Position numbers and translations under genes: made by a program
Origin: an uncultured Thermoplasmatales archaeon
Lineage (GTDB): Archaea > Thermoplasmatota > E2 > UBA202 > JdFR-43
Assembly: GCA_965563795.1 (NCBI GenBank)
Contig: CBEXJS010000003.1
Coordinates: 1-51,108 of the forward strand
Direction: 5' to 3'
Length of the DNA: 51,108 bases
In this document: piece by piece, positions 35,890 through 46,235 of the stretch
Numbering within the stretch: the first letter of the stretch is position 1
How the letters are laid out: each line of letters begins with the position of its first letter
The notes under the pieces: model-generated
Seen by the model: only the letters and a program-made list of their open reading frames with translations
The model's database searches: none
What the model was told of the DNA's origin: nothing

Positions 35890-36507
35890 TTATACATACA
35901 TGCCAGAGTCTTCTTTTTCTTCTTTGAGAATTTCACTTACTATTTCCTCTGCAATGTCCTTGCTTAATTTGTAAGTTTTCGCAATAAAGCTAACAATTTC
36001 TTCTTTACTTTTACCACTCTTAGCTTTCTGTAAAATCAAATCAGCTACATGAATAAGCTGTGCCTCTTCATAGATATCTTCCAAATTCAATTTTTTAACT
36101 AAATCATTCATTGCAAATAGTGTTACAGTTAATGCATCGCTAAATTCATCTCTGCTTAACGAAACTAAATCTAAATCAGTTATAATTACAATTTCTTCAT
36201 CTTCTCCAACTAATGCATATTTTACCATTCTCCATTTGTTATTCAAGAGTAGAAGAGACCTATATATTTTGAGCCTTTCATGCGAATCAAGAATAGCTGT
36301 TTCTACACCAGTTTTAATTTTTAGAGTTGCGAATCTTTTGCCAACTTCAACTAAAACGCTATAAGGGCGATATGGACTACTAGCTCTTATTAACTTTCTT
36401 CCATTTTCCTCCCCTATTTCTACTTCCCAATGCTCATCTAATGGCTTATCAGAATCAGCAATCTCTTCTTCAAACCATTTAACAAATTTATCAGTCCAAT
36501 TTTGCAT
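35890..36507 (-). CDS. Hypothetical protein, YbjN/type III chaperone-like fold possible
   Basis: LLLLNN..RMVKYAL..EEIVI..DL pattern; host-like composition. Confidence 0.5.
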   Translation of the reverse strand: MQNWTDKFVKWFEEEIADSDKPLDEHWEVEIGEENGRKLIRASSPYRPYSVLVEVGKRFATLKIKTGVETAILDSHERLKIYRSLLLLNNKWRMVKYALVGEDEEIVIITDLDLVSLSRDEFSDALTVTLFAMNDLVKKLNLEDIYEEAQLIHVADLILQKAKSGKSKEEIVSFIAKTYKLSKDIAEEIVSEILKEEKEDSGMYV

Positions 36508-36737
36508 AATAGAAATTCATAAGGTAGTATAAAATTCATTCTTATTTTTAATTAAAATGAACAATCGTTCTTACATCTGCTATTTGCACAGAGAAATTGC
36601 AATGAAAATGATGGGGTTTTATTCTTATTTTCCAAATGTTACTGCTTTTTGAGTCCAACAAATGAAGGAAATTTTGTCTATGAGTCTATCATCGTATTAG
36701 GAAAATTACCATAGCAACATCCTTCTCATTTTTTTTC

Positions 36738-36795
36738 GGTTCGTCGAAAAAATGAACTAAGACAACTTTCCTTTTCATTGTATTTTCGACGAACC
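36738..36795. mobile_element. Short internally deleted MITE copy with perfect 13-bp TIRs
   Basis: GGTTCGTCGAAAA ... TTTTCGACGAACC; interior matches the reverse complement of 671-704. Confidence 0.7.
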
Positions 36796-36838
36796 CCCAT
36801 TTTTCACAATTTCTTTATAAGACGGCATATTTCATTTC

Positions 36839-38140
36839 ATGCTTAGAATACATGGTGTAGGGGGATATGAAGAAGTTGGAAGGAACATGACTTGCATTGA
36901 AATAGATGATGAAGCACTCATTTTGGATATGGGATTGTATATGGACAGATTTGTTGCTTTACAGGAAAAGAAAATTAAAATGAATAGAGAAATTTTGTTG
37001 AATGAAGACGCAATTCCAAATGATAATGTTATAAAAAGTATAAAGAAAAAAATAAGGGCTATTGTAATAAGTCATGCTCATTTGGATCATGTAGGAGCAG
37101 TTAAATGGATGGCACCTAACTATGAATGTCCTATTGTTACAACACCTTATACTGCAGAATATATAAAAAGAACAGCAAGAATAAAAAATAAGATAATAAG
37201 AGTGAATGTTAATTCGAGCTATAAAATTTCTAAAAAATTGGAAATTGAATTTATAAATGTAACACATTCTATTCCTCAGTCTACAATGGTTAGAATTTCA
37301 ACACCATACGGAGATATTTTGTATGGATTAGATTATAAAAATGATAATCATCCAATGCTTGGAAGAAAAACAAATATTAAAAGGCTAAGAGAACTTGATA
37401 ATGTTATTCTTTTAATTGCAGATTCAACAAATGCAGATGTTGAAGGAAAAACATTTTCAGAAGCAATAGCAAGAGAAATGCTCAAAGATATATTGTTTAG
37501 CTTGGAAATGGAAGAAAATGGACTTTTTCTAACAACCTTTTCATCTCATATTGCAAGGCAGAAAACAATGCTCAAGCTAATTAAAGATATTGGGAGAGAA
37601 GCAGTTTTTATTGGAAGGTCTTTATATGACTATATAGAATCTGCAGAAAAGCTAAAGCTCATTGATTTTTCAAGTCATGCGAAGCTTATAAAAAATGCAA
37701 GAGATGCTGAAAAATTACTTAATGAAATGAACAAGAAAAAGAATGAATATGCATTTATTGTAACAGGAGGAATGGGAGAAAAAGATGCTATTCTTTCCCA
37801 GATTGCAAATGATGAGTTAGCATTAAAAATCTCTCCGCAAGATATTGTTATATTCTCTAGTGCTGTTATTCCTACGCCAACTATACAGGCAAACAGAAAA
37901 ATTTTGGAGCAAAAGTTACACAGGAAAAAAGCCAGGATATTCAAAGATGTACATGTCTCTGGACACGGTTCAAGGGAAGATTTGAGAGATTTAATAAAAA
38001 TTGTTTCTCCCCAGCACATTTTGGCTGCGCATGGCGACATGAATAAATGTGCTTCATTGGCAACTTTGGCAAATGAAATGGGATATATTTTGGGAAAAAA
38101 TGTGCATTTAATGCAAAATGGACAGACTTTGAAGATTTAA
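36839..38140 (+). CDS. rnj: Ribonuclease J (beta-CASP)
   Basis: GGYEEVGRNM, SHAHLDH, HSIP, FSSHIAR, HVSGH, AHG. Confidence 0.92.
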   Translation: MLRIHGVGGYEEVGRNMTCIEIDDEALILDMGLYMDRFVALQEKKIKMNREILLNEDAIPNDNVIKSIKKKIRAIVISHAHLDHVGAVKWMAPNYECPIVTTPYTAEYIKRTARIKNKIIRVNVNSSYKISKKLEIEFINVTHSIPQSTMVRISTPYGDILYGLDYKNDNHPMLGRKTNIKRLRELDNVILLIADSTNADVEGKTFSEAIAREMLKDILFSLEMEENGLFLTTFSSHIARQKTMLKLIKDIGREAVFIGRSLYDYIESAEKLKLIDFSSHAKLIKNARDAEKLLNEMNKKKNEYAFIVTGGMGEKDAILSQIANDELALKISPQDIVIFSSAVIPTPTIQANRKILEQKLHRKKARIFKDVHVSGHGSREDLRDLIKIVSPQHILAAHGDMNKCASLATLANEMGYILGKNVHLMQNGQTLKI

Positions 38141-38988
38141 TGTTTTTGCAAAATTATGCCAGTTATTATTAAAATCAAGCCAGCCAATGTTGAGATGTAA
38201 ATTTCTTCACCAACTATAAAATGAATCATTATTAGGGATAGAAAAGGGGAAAGATAAACTAAATTTCCTACTTGGGCAGTTGTATTTGCATATTGCAAGG
38301 CTTTGAGCCATATGAAAAATGTGACGCCCATTTCAAATGTTCCTATATAAATGCAACCTAAGATTCCTTCAAAATTATATTTTAAATGAGGGAATGAAAA
38401 AGCAAAAATAAATGCAAAGCCAAATAGGAAATTAGTGAGTAATTTTATTGCGTCATCTCTTCCATCCTTCATATTTAAAATCCAGAATGAAGCCCATAAA
38501 ATTGTTGTAGATAAAGCAATGAGTGAGCCAGTAATATTTGTTATTCTAAAGCCTAAAACATCACCTCTTGTAATTATAATTACAACACCAAAAAAGCTTA
38601 ACAAGATAGCAAATAAATTTATTGCTTTAATTTTCTGCTTTAAAATAAAAATGGACATGATAACAAGAACAATTGGCCATGTATAATTTAAAACCAAAGC
38701 TTCTTGAGCAGGAAGTATAGAATATGCTTTAAAAAGAGCTATGTAATAAAGGAAAGGATTAAGGAGACCCATTATAGCAGATTTTGCAAAATCATTTTTT
38801 CCTTGTTTTAATATCATATGAAATTTTTTTGTTGCTATTGCAATACATGTTAATACCAATATAGAAAAAAATGTTGAAAAAAATAGCATAGAAATGTAAT
38901 CAATATGCCTTAAAGTAAGCTTAAATGCAGATGCAACAGTAGCCCACATAAAAACAGCCAGCAAACCATATACATATGCCTTCTCCAC
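38137..38988 (-). CDS. EamA/DMT family transporter
   Basis: Ten TM segments, two EamA repeats, LNYTWP, YLSP. Confidence 0.9.
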   Translation of the reverse strand: MEKAYVYGLLAVFMWATVASAFKLTLRHIDYISMLFFSTFFSILVLTCIAIATKKFHMILKQGKNDFAKSAIMGLLNPFLYYIALFKAYSILPAQEALVLNYTWPIVLVIMSIFILKQKIKAINLFAILLSFFGVVIIITRGDVLGFRITNITGSLIALSTTILWASFWILNMKDGRDDAIKLLTNFLFGFAFIFAFSFPHLKYNFEGILGCIYIGTFEMGVTFFIWLKALQYANTTAQVGNLVYLSPFLSLIMIHFIVGEEIYISTLAGLILIITGIILQKH

Positions 38989-39161
38989 AGTTGCAATTGT
39001 TGCTTATTATTAAATTTTAATGAAAAATTAGGCAATAAAAGATCGAAAATTACAGAGCAGTTTGGAGTGGCTATGAAAAACTATTTTTATACCCTAAATT
39101 TGGCTTAAAATCGCCCCTGATATTATAAATATTAAGGAAATATAGAAATGTTTTAAATGTT

Positions 39162-39358
39162 TTATAAGTAAATAGCCCACCCAAAACCGAGAGAGAATAA
39201 GATTATGATAAACAAGCCAGCCAACCAGTCTCCACCTGCTATTGCGATTATTTTTGCTAGAACCTTGATAAGCTCCATTTCTGGATCAATTCCTATATAT
39301 GTGTGAGTATTCCGCATGCAAAACTGCTTAAAAATGATAAATTATCATAAGAACTCAT
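39162..39358 (-). pseudogene. Remnant of a small membrane protein gene, split at a short AT repeat
   Basis: MSSYDNLSFLSSFACGILTHI joins GIDPEMELIKVLAKII..LFIIILFSLGFGWAIYL if 2 nt are removed near 39295. Confidence 0.35.
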
Positions 39359-39460
39359 TTTCTCATTATGATATGTATAAAAAGGGAGTAAATAAAAGAT
39401 TAACCCATAATTATTCTCAAAGCATTTAAATACCCTCTGCAACCCTTGCCATATAATAAA

Positions 39461-39533
39461 TGGGCCCGCCGAGATTTGAACTCGGGTTACCAGCACCCCA
39501 AGCTGGAAGGATACCAAGCTACCCCACGGGCCC
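39461..39533 (-). tRNA. tRNA-Pro(GGG)
   Basis: GGGCCCG acceptor stem, CCAGC-TTGGGGT-GCTGG anticodon arm, GTTCAAATC T loop. Confidence 0.95.
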
Positions 39534-39635
39534 TCAATTGCAATAGATTGGCATAGAATAAAAATTTTACTGCTTCAATAAAAGAAAATTAATGAAAACG
39601 ATGATTTGGGATATTGAAATAGTCTTTTTTTAAAT

Positions 39636-40583
39636 TTAGCTTTTTCTCCTTACAATTTTATTATTCTCCAGAAAATCAAGCAAAGTTTCCTTTGTTGAAT
39701 ATTCAGGTTTAAAACCAGCTTTTTTAGCTTTTTCTCCGCTTGCCACCCACCTATATTTTATGAAATCCAGTATTTGAGGAGGAAATTGCATAAGGCGGAG
39801 ATGCCAAGAAAGGGAAAGAAGTGGATAAAGGAGCTTGCCAGGCAATTTAACCGCTCTTTTTCCAGCTGTTTCTATAACTTCCTTCCATTTCATAGTTCCT
39901 TCTCCAACTATGTTGAATATGCCTTCTATATCATTCATAATGAATAACTCATATGCTCTTGCCAAATCATCTTCATGCAAAAATTGCATATCTGGATTTT
40001 CTCCATCCACCAATGGCAAAACAGGCCAATTTAGCAAGCGGGCATAAAAATGATCTACAGTTGGACCAAGAACAAGGCAAGGGCGGAGAATAGCCATTTT
40101 TATTTCAGGATTTTCTTCCATAAATTGTTTGCACAATTTTTCCACTTTAACCTTATCTTGATTATAGTAATATGTGGGATGCCCCCTTAATGGGCTTTCT
40201 TCTGTAAGAAATTTTGGATTATCTGGCCATGCTCCATATACCATTGTACTGCTTGTCATAATTATTTTTTCTATTCCTATTTCCTTACAAGCATTTAGAA
40301 CATTCTTTGCACCATTTACGTTTATATCTCTCATTTCTTCTCTATCATGAGTTGGGTTTAGAACAAAAGCTAAATGAACAACAATATCAACATCATATTT
40401 CTGGAACAGATCCTTTAGTTTTTTATCTCTAACATCCATTTGGTGATATTGGAGCTTTTTAAAAGGATGTTTAAAATTCCTCCTAGAAATTCCCACAATA
40501 AGCTCACATTCATTATTTTCCTCTAGTCTTTCTATAATTTTCCTTCCGAAATATCCTGCTGCTCCTGTTATTGCTATTTTCAT
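39636..40583 (-). CDS. NAD-dependent epimerase/dehydratase (extended SDR)
   Basis: TGAAGYFG, HLAF, SS..VYG, YxxxK. Confidence 0.9.
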   Translation of the reverse strand: MKIAITGAAGYFGRKIIERLEENNECELIVGISRRNFKHPFKKLQYHQMDVRDKKLKDLFQKYDVDIVVHLAFVLNPTHDREEMRDINVNGAKNVLNACKEIGIEKIIMTSSTMVYGAWPDNPKFLTEESPLRGHPTYYYNQDKVKVEKLCKQFMEENPEIKMAILRPCLVLGPTVDHFYARLLNWPVLPLVDGENPDMQFLHEDDLARAYELFIMNDIEGIFNIVGEGTMKWKEVIETAGKRAVKLPGKLLYPLLSLSWHLRLMQFPPQILDFIKYRWVASGEKAKKAGFKPEYSTKETLLDFLENNKIVRRKS

Positions 40584-40677
40584 GGAATGAAAAAGAGAAA
40601 ATTTAATAAAATCTTAGGTAAAGAAAAATTTAGTAATTTTGAATTGTAATTAAAATTGTTATTGTCCTCGCCCCACT

Positions 40678-40750
40678 AATGAAAAGAAATGCTTTCATTG
40701 GTTATTATTGCATGGAAGAGAATTTACATCGGCAAAATCTCTCTTCATTT
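40678..40750. repeat. MITE-like dispersed repeat copy
   Basis: 33 bp (40695-40727) identical to 8422-8454. Confidence 0.75.
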
Positions 40751-41176
40751 TTGTGACTTCAATTCATTTGCCAGTAATTTTTCAAGCTGAGTTAATGAAA
40801 CTTTTACAACATTTGTTTTTTCTTCCCCTCCCAATTTTTTATATATTTCCTTAGCAAGCTGGCATTCATTTATATTAACTAAAAATAATCCTTCGTTTAG
40901 CAAAAGAAAAGGATACATTCTGCATACTATTGGGCGAGCTGGATAAATTTTGCATTCATTTTTTTCCAAAAATGGACAGGGCGGTTCTATATAACCATTT
41001 GATAAAGTTTTTTGAATCTCATCTAAGGATATGCCCAAATAATTTGCTATTTTTTGCTTATCTTCTTGCAAAATAGGGATGCGATAATAGCAACACCTGC
41101 TACATCTACTACAAGCTCCAATCATGCTGTTTATTTTTTCACATATTTCAAGGACTTTGTCAACCAAAGCCCTCAT
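40745..41176 (-). CDS. YkgJ-family cysteine cluster protein
   Basis: CSRCSRCC, CPFL, CKIYPARPIVCRMYPF; start MRALV (the longer ORF overlaps the tRNA). Confidence 0.88.
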   Translation of the reverse strand: MRALVDKVLEICEKINSMIGACSRCSRCCYYRIPILQEDKQKIANYLGISLDEIQKTLSNGYIEPPCPFLEKNECKIYPARPIVCRMYPFLLLNEGLFLVNINECQLAKEIYKKLGGEEKTNVVKVSLTQLEKLLANELKSQK

Positions 41177-41220
41177 ATTAAAAATTCGAAATGAATATGA
41201 AATGAAAAATAAAAATTTTA

Positions 41221-41292
41221 TGGACCGGACGGGATTTGAACCCGTGACCTCCACCATGCCAAGGTGGCGATCTTCCGCTGATCTACCGGCCC
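41221..41292 (-). tRNA. tRNA-Ala(GGC)
   Basis: GGGCCGG/CCGGTCC acceptor stem, CCACC-TTGGCAT-GGTGG anticodon arm, GTTCAAATC T loop. Confidence 0.95.
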
Positions 41293-41489
41293 TATTATGT
41301 ATATCCATATATTCATAAAAGTTTTGTTAAAGACGGAATTATGATTAAATGAAAAATGCTATCAATGACTATCATTACATGGAGAAATTGCCATTACAAT
41401 ATCCATTTTTTTAATTTTTTAAACCTGAGGAATAATAACCAGTAACTAATTTTTCCAATTATTCGATGAGCTAGGCAAATTGGATAATT

Positions 41490-43388
41490 TTATTTTTCTT
41501 TTAGCTTTTCCATAGCTTCATTGATTAGAGATTGCTGGGAATAAAATTCCACTTTACCATCAATCAATTTACCTTCTGCTACAAGGGAATAAACTGCAAA
41601 AACTGGCTCAACTTTTGGCTTTGCATAAACCCGCAAATTATATTCATTTTCCTTAGCATTTTCTTTCACAAGCACTTTTATGTCTGCATCTGTATTTTTT
41701 ATGAAAACAAACTTTTTGAATTCATTTGCATATTTTTGAGTTAAATTTTCATCATATTTCCACCCCTTTGCTACCAATTCTGGATAATCTCTAACAGGCT
41801 TAAAATCTTCAAATGTCTCTATTGATGGGTCCTCATAAGCTGGCACATCAATCTGAAAAGTTGGCAAATAAATGTGCTCCCAATCATTCCAGTCATATGG
41901 CAAGCCGTTGCTTCCGTCAGAATAGTCAAAAAGGTAACTTCTGTTTTCTGAGTAAAACCATGGTTTATTATAGATATACTGATAATTCATCACACTATAG
42001 TATTTCTCTAAATAGGCGTTATATTCATCATCTGGCATGCTTGGATATCTATCATAAACTCTCCTGCTAACAATATCGATGCCTGGAAATAAGCCGGGCA
42101 TTAAGCCGAGAGAATGTCCAAGTTCATGCAAAATCGCTTTTGCAAGCATAACCCTTATCTCTCTTGGAGTAAAAGCAATTCTTGTTATCATTGAATTGAA
42201 ATCATTGCTGACATAAATTGCATCAAATCTGTTGTATTTGACAGGAGTTATGAATCCACCTCCATCCTGTCTTACGCCAACTACGACATATCTAAAAACA
42301 CCTTTCCTTTCATCTGGAAAATTATGTTTATAAAAAGCAAGTAGTTGTTTTCCAAGTATATCATCTAAATTTGATTGATATGGTAATAATTCCCCTCCTC
42401 CGTTTGGCACTGCATTCCATCCATCATCAATATAAACGTTTATTCCATGCCTTGCAAACCTTTCAATGATCATTTGCTGACTCTCTTTATAAAATATATG
42501 AGGTAAATCAAATATGCCTTTTCTCTCCATTCCATCAGTTTCAATATATATGTCTGGCTGGAAAGGATTTGCAAAATAATCTCTTAGCATATACTCTTCA
42601 ATATTTTCAATGCCATCTATATCTGGATCAAGCTTACTGTGTTCATTATAAGTAAATGGGTCATAGCCAAACCTCCATTCCCAATCTGTTGGAATTCCAT
42701 CATTATCTGGATCTAGCTTACTATCATCTACTGTTGGATCAGTTCCAAGAATGTTTACTTCTACCCAATAAGGAATTCCATCATGATCATAATCAGCTTG
42801 ATATAGGTTAAACCAAACTTCATAATTTTTGCCAAGATAATGTCCCATCCCATCTTTATCCATGAAATAGTCATCTCCGGTCCATCTACCAGTTCTATAA
42901 TCATATTTTAATTCAATCCTTTCCTTTTCTACTTCCTTTACATTTCTTCCGAATAATCCAGTTGGCACTAATTCAATAATTGAAATTACAACCTTAGAAT
43001 ATTCTTTTTCTTCTTCAACATCAAATACCATTGAACTTTCGTAGCCTATGGTATCCCAGGTAGTATATACTCCTGTTTCCCCAACATTTCCTTTTGAACT
43101 CCCCTTTTTGCCATCAACTTCAATCACATAATAAAAAGAAGGTGGATTTCTCCAATCTAAGCCATAACTAAGCATTTTATCCATTAAGCCTCTGTTCCTT
43201 ATTCTCAAAATTTCAACAAACAATGCCTGATTTTCTAAAGGGCTTATTCTATCATCAAAAACTTTTTCTTCCTTTTCTTCTACTGGTGCTTTTTGAAATT
43301 GTAAGAGTGTTGCGAGAATAAAAATAATAATTATTATTACTCCAATTGCTACCTTTTCCCTTTTAACCAACATTATATGAATAAACAT
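41490..43388 (-). CDS. Membrane-anchored extracellular zinc metallopeptidase-like protein with Ca-binding DxDxDG repeats
   Basis: N-terminal TM, DYDHDG/DPDNDG/DPDIDG, HELGHSLGL, SVMNY Met-turn. Confidence 0.75.
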   Translation of the reverse strand: MFIHIMLVKREKVAIGVIIIIIFILATLLQFQKAPVEEKEEKVFDDRISPLENQALFVEILRIRNRGLMDKMLSYGLDWRNPPSFYYVIEVDGKKGSSKGNVGETGVYTTWDTIGYESSMVFDVEEEKEYSKVVISIIELVPTGLFGRNVKEVEKERIELKYDYRTGRWTGDDYFMDKDGMGHYLGKNYEVWFNLYQADYDHDGIPYWVEVNILGTDPTVDDSKLDPDNDGIPTDWEWRFGYDPFTYNEHSKLDPDIDGIENIEEYMLRDYFANPFQPDIYIETDGMERKGIFDLPHIFYKESQQMIIERFARHGINVYIDDGWNAVPNGGGELLPYQSNLDDILGKQLLAFYKHNFPDERKGVFRYVVVGVRQDGGGFITPVKYNRFDAIYVSNDFNSMITRIAFTPREIRVMLAKAILHELGHSLGLMPGLFPGIDIVSRRVYDRYPSMPDDEYNAYLEKYYSVMNYQYIYNKPWFYSENRSYLFDYSDGSNGLPYDWNDWEHIYLPTFQIDVPAYEDPSIETFEDFKPVRDYPELVAKGWKYDENLTQKYANEFKKFVFIKNTDADIKVLVKENAKENEYNLRVYAKPKVEPVFAVYSLVAEGKLIDGKVEFYSQQSLINEAMEKLKEK

Positions 43389-43613
43389 CCCTATTTTTAT
43401 AGGTTATGATATAAGTTTGTGATACTGCTAAGAAATTCTTGAAAGCTAAATAAAAACGATACTATTGGATTGCATGAAAGAGAATTGCCATAGCAACAAT
43501 CAATTCATTTTGATTTCTTAATATTAAATTTGAAAAGAGGGCCGCCATAGATAAGTCTCTATATGCAATAATATAGCATTTTAACACCATTTCATTTGAA
43601 GCTAAAATAAAAA

Positions 43614-46121
43614 CTAACTCTCTTCCAACCCCTTTTTCACCATTTTCTTTACTTCTTTTTTTGCTTCTTCGATTTTGTTTATTTCTATACCAGCCTGCCC
43701 TATTGTTTTCCTTCCTCCCCCTCCTTTGCCAAATTTAGTTCCTATTTCTTTTGCAATTTTTGCGCAATCTAATGGCAAATCATCAGAGCAAGCTATTGTA
43801 AGCAAGGCATTTTTTCCTTTTTTGCTGGCAGATATTACAACTGTTTTTTTCTTAGTGAGTTCTCTTATTGCTTGCGTTGCTAGCTCATCTTCAACAATAA
43901 TTTTCACTCCTTTATATTCCTCAGCTTTTTCCTTTCCTAATTTTTCCTGTAATCTTTCTATTTCCTTCTTCAACCTTTTTCTCTCCTCAATCAGCTTTTT
44001 AACAGCTTCTGCAATTCTAGATGGCTCAGTAGCCAATAGACTGGAGGCTTCTTTAAGCAATTTTTCTTGCTTTTGTACATATTCTAAAGCTTTTTCTCCA
44101 GCACAAAATCTTATTCTCTCTACTCCATCCTGAACCCTTTCTACACCAATAATTTTAATAAATCCTATTTCAGCAGTGTTATTTACATGTGTCCCTCCAC
44201 ATGCCTCCGTTTCCAAATCAGCAATATTGACAACTCTAATTACTCCTCCCTTGGGAGCCCCTCCTTGATAGAGTCTGAATCCATATTTCTTTTCTGCCTC
44301 ATTTCTTTCCATAAATTTCTTTTCAACAGGCAGAGATTTCCTTACCATTTCATTTGCAATCTTTTCAATTTCCATAGCTTCTTCCTCGCTTATCCTTTTG
44401 TAATGAGTAACATCAAGCCTTGCCTCATTTTCATCCAGATAGCTACCAGCCTGCCATATATGGCTTCCTAAAACTTTTCGAGCAGAATAGTTTATGATAT
44501 GCGTTGCTGTATGATGACGCATCATAGCATATCTGCGATGCCAATCTATTACACCATGAACTTTTCCTTTCTCCAAGCCATTTTCTACATAATGAAGAAT
44601 TGCATTTCCAGCTTTTTCTACCTTTTTAACTCTAATTTTTCTTCCATTTTGAATGAAATAGCCAGTATCATATTTTTGTCCTCCTCCTTCTGGATAAAAT
44701 ATCGTTTTATCTAAGATAACAGCATTTCCTTCTTTATGAACAACTTCTGCATCAATTTCCTTTTTATATTCATCTTCATAATAAACTGGTTTTGTTTCAT
44801 AATCAAATTTTTTCTCTTCCTTCTTTTCTTCCTTCTTTGCCTTTAAATGTCTTTCTGCCACTTTTGATTCAAAATCAGGAGGAATTTCAATATCAACAAT
44901 TTCCTTTACAATTTCTGGATGGATACCATGTGAATCATAAAGCTCAATAAGCTTTTCTTCCGTTAATTCTCCCTTGCTAGCATATCTTTTTACCATTGCT
45001 CTCCCCTTTTCCAATGCATTGAAAAATTTCTCTGTTTCAATTTCAAGAATTTCTTTTATTCTTCTTGCTTCTTTTTTCAACTCAGGAAAATCTTTTGCCA
45101 AATATTCCAGATGCTTTTCAACTATTGAATATAAATCATCATCATACCCAATTTTTTTCATGAAGCGCAAAGCTCTCCTTATGATTAACCTAGCTAAATA
45201 ACCGGCTCCAGAATTAGAAGGAACTATTCCATCTCCAAGCATGAAAAGGAGACATCTTGCATGATCAGCGATGGCATAAATGCTCTCCATATCTTCTTTT
45301 TTTGCTTTGTTTCTTATCTCTTCAATTGCATATGGGAAGATAGCATCATAAACTGTTTTATTTCCATTGACAAGCCATACAAGCCTCTCTAATCCATATC
45401 CTGTATCAACAATTTTCAAAGGCATTTCTGAATATCTCTCTCCTTTAACAACATATTCCCCATTCTCGTTTAATTCCAAATTCATGAAAACAAGTGTAGC
45501 TATTTCCAATCCATGGCTAAGCACTTCCAAGCATGCTCCAGCATTTCCTCCGCCTGCCCATTCTGCCTCCTTGTATGTAACATTTTCTATGCCTATTTCA
45601 TTTAAAAATTCATGGCAGTATTTTGCTGTTTCCTCTGTCCAGTAAATGAATTGGCTATCGTTGAATGCATGATGCCCCATCATTTCAAAAAGAGTAAGGT
45701 GGCGACCACTTTTCCCAACTTCTTCTAAGTCATTGAGTCTTATGCTTGGCTGAGAAATTACGAGAGGATTTGCAGGTGGAGGAACCTCACCACTTGTAAC
45801 ATGAGGCTGAAAATCTGCTATGGAAGCGATGGTTAAATAAATATCATCTCTCCATCTTGCAACTACAGGATATCTTTTTAGGCGAGTGTGGTTATGGCGT
45901 TCAAAAAATGAAAGAAATGCCTCCCTCATTTCATGTAAATCCATTTTTTTGCCAACTGGATTTCCTATAAAGGAATAGTTAACACAAGGGGCATCTCCAC
46001 ATAACTCCTGCTTATCATCCTTAGTCCAGAAATAAGCTCCGCATTTCCTGCATTTTTTTCTTATGAATCCCTCCTCTTTGAAGAATCTAAGTTGTAATGT
46101 TTTTTCCAGTTTAGGATGCAT
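43614..46121 (-). CDS. alaS: Alanine--tRNA ligase, archaeal type
   Basis: ASIADFQP, GRHLTLFEM, DTGYGLERL, HHTATH and CGGTH editing motifs, GGGG C-Ala domain. Confidence 0.97.
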   Translation of the reverse strand: MHPKLEKTLQLRFFKEEGFIRKKCRKCGAYFWTKDDKQELCGDAPCVNYSFIGNPVGKKMDLHEMREAFLSFFERHNHTRLKRYPVVARWRDDIYLTIASIADFQPHVTSGEVPPPANPLVISQPSIRLNDLEEVGKSGRHLTLFEMMGHHAFNDSQFIYWTEETAKYCHEFLNEIGIENVTYKEAEWAGGGNAGACLEVLSHGLEIATLVFMNLELNENGEYVVKGERYSEMPLKIVDTGYGLERLVWLVNGNKTVYDAIFPYAIEEIRNKAKKEDMESIYAIADHARCLLFMLGDGIVPSNSGAGYLARLIIRRALRFMKKIGYDDDLYSIVEKHLEYLAKDFPELKKEARRIKEILEIETEKFFNALEKGRAMVKRYASKGELTEEKLIELYDSHGIHPEIVKEIVDIEIPPDFESKVAERHLKAKKEEKKEEKKFDYETKPVYYEDEYKKEIDAEVVHKEGNAVILDKTIFYPEGGGQKYDTGYFIQNGRKIRVKKVEKAGNAILHYVENGLEKGKVHGVIDWHRRYAMMRHHTATHIINYSARKVLGSHIWQAGSYLDENEARLDVTHYKRISEEEAMEIEKIANEMVRKSLPVEKKFMERNEAEKKYGFRLYQGGAPKGGVIRVVNIADLETEACGGTHVNNTAEIGFIKIIGVERVQDGVERIRFCAGEKALEYVQKQEKLLKEASSLLATEPSRIAEAVKKLIEERKRLKKEIERLQEKLGKEKAEEYKGVKIIVEDELATQAIRELTKKKTVVISASKKGKNALLTIACSDDLPLDCAKIAKEIGTKFGKGGGGRKTIGQAGIEINKIEEAKKEVKKMVKKGLEES

Positions 46122-46235
46122 TGTTGTATATAAAGGCATCTATATATTATCTTTTGTTTTGACGAATTGAGTAATGAAAGGAATGGTTGGCGTGGCTATT
46201 ATGCTTGGAAGAGAATTACCATAGCAACAATCATT

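Noticed and set aside
3674-39358. Treating all five frameshifts (about 3752, 25213, 32447, 35358, 39295) as programmed regulation
   Set aside because: They cannot be told apart from assembly indels or decay without reads; only the (AT)6 and A7 cases have clearly slippage-prone tracts.
39293-41318. ORFs 39293-39517, 41124-41318 and the 5' extension of 40745-41308
   Set aside because: They overlap tRNA-Pro or tRNA-Ala and are spurious readings.
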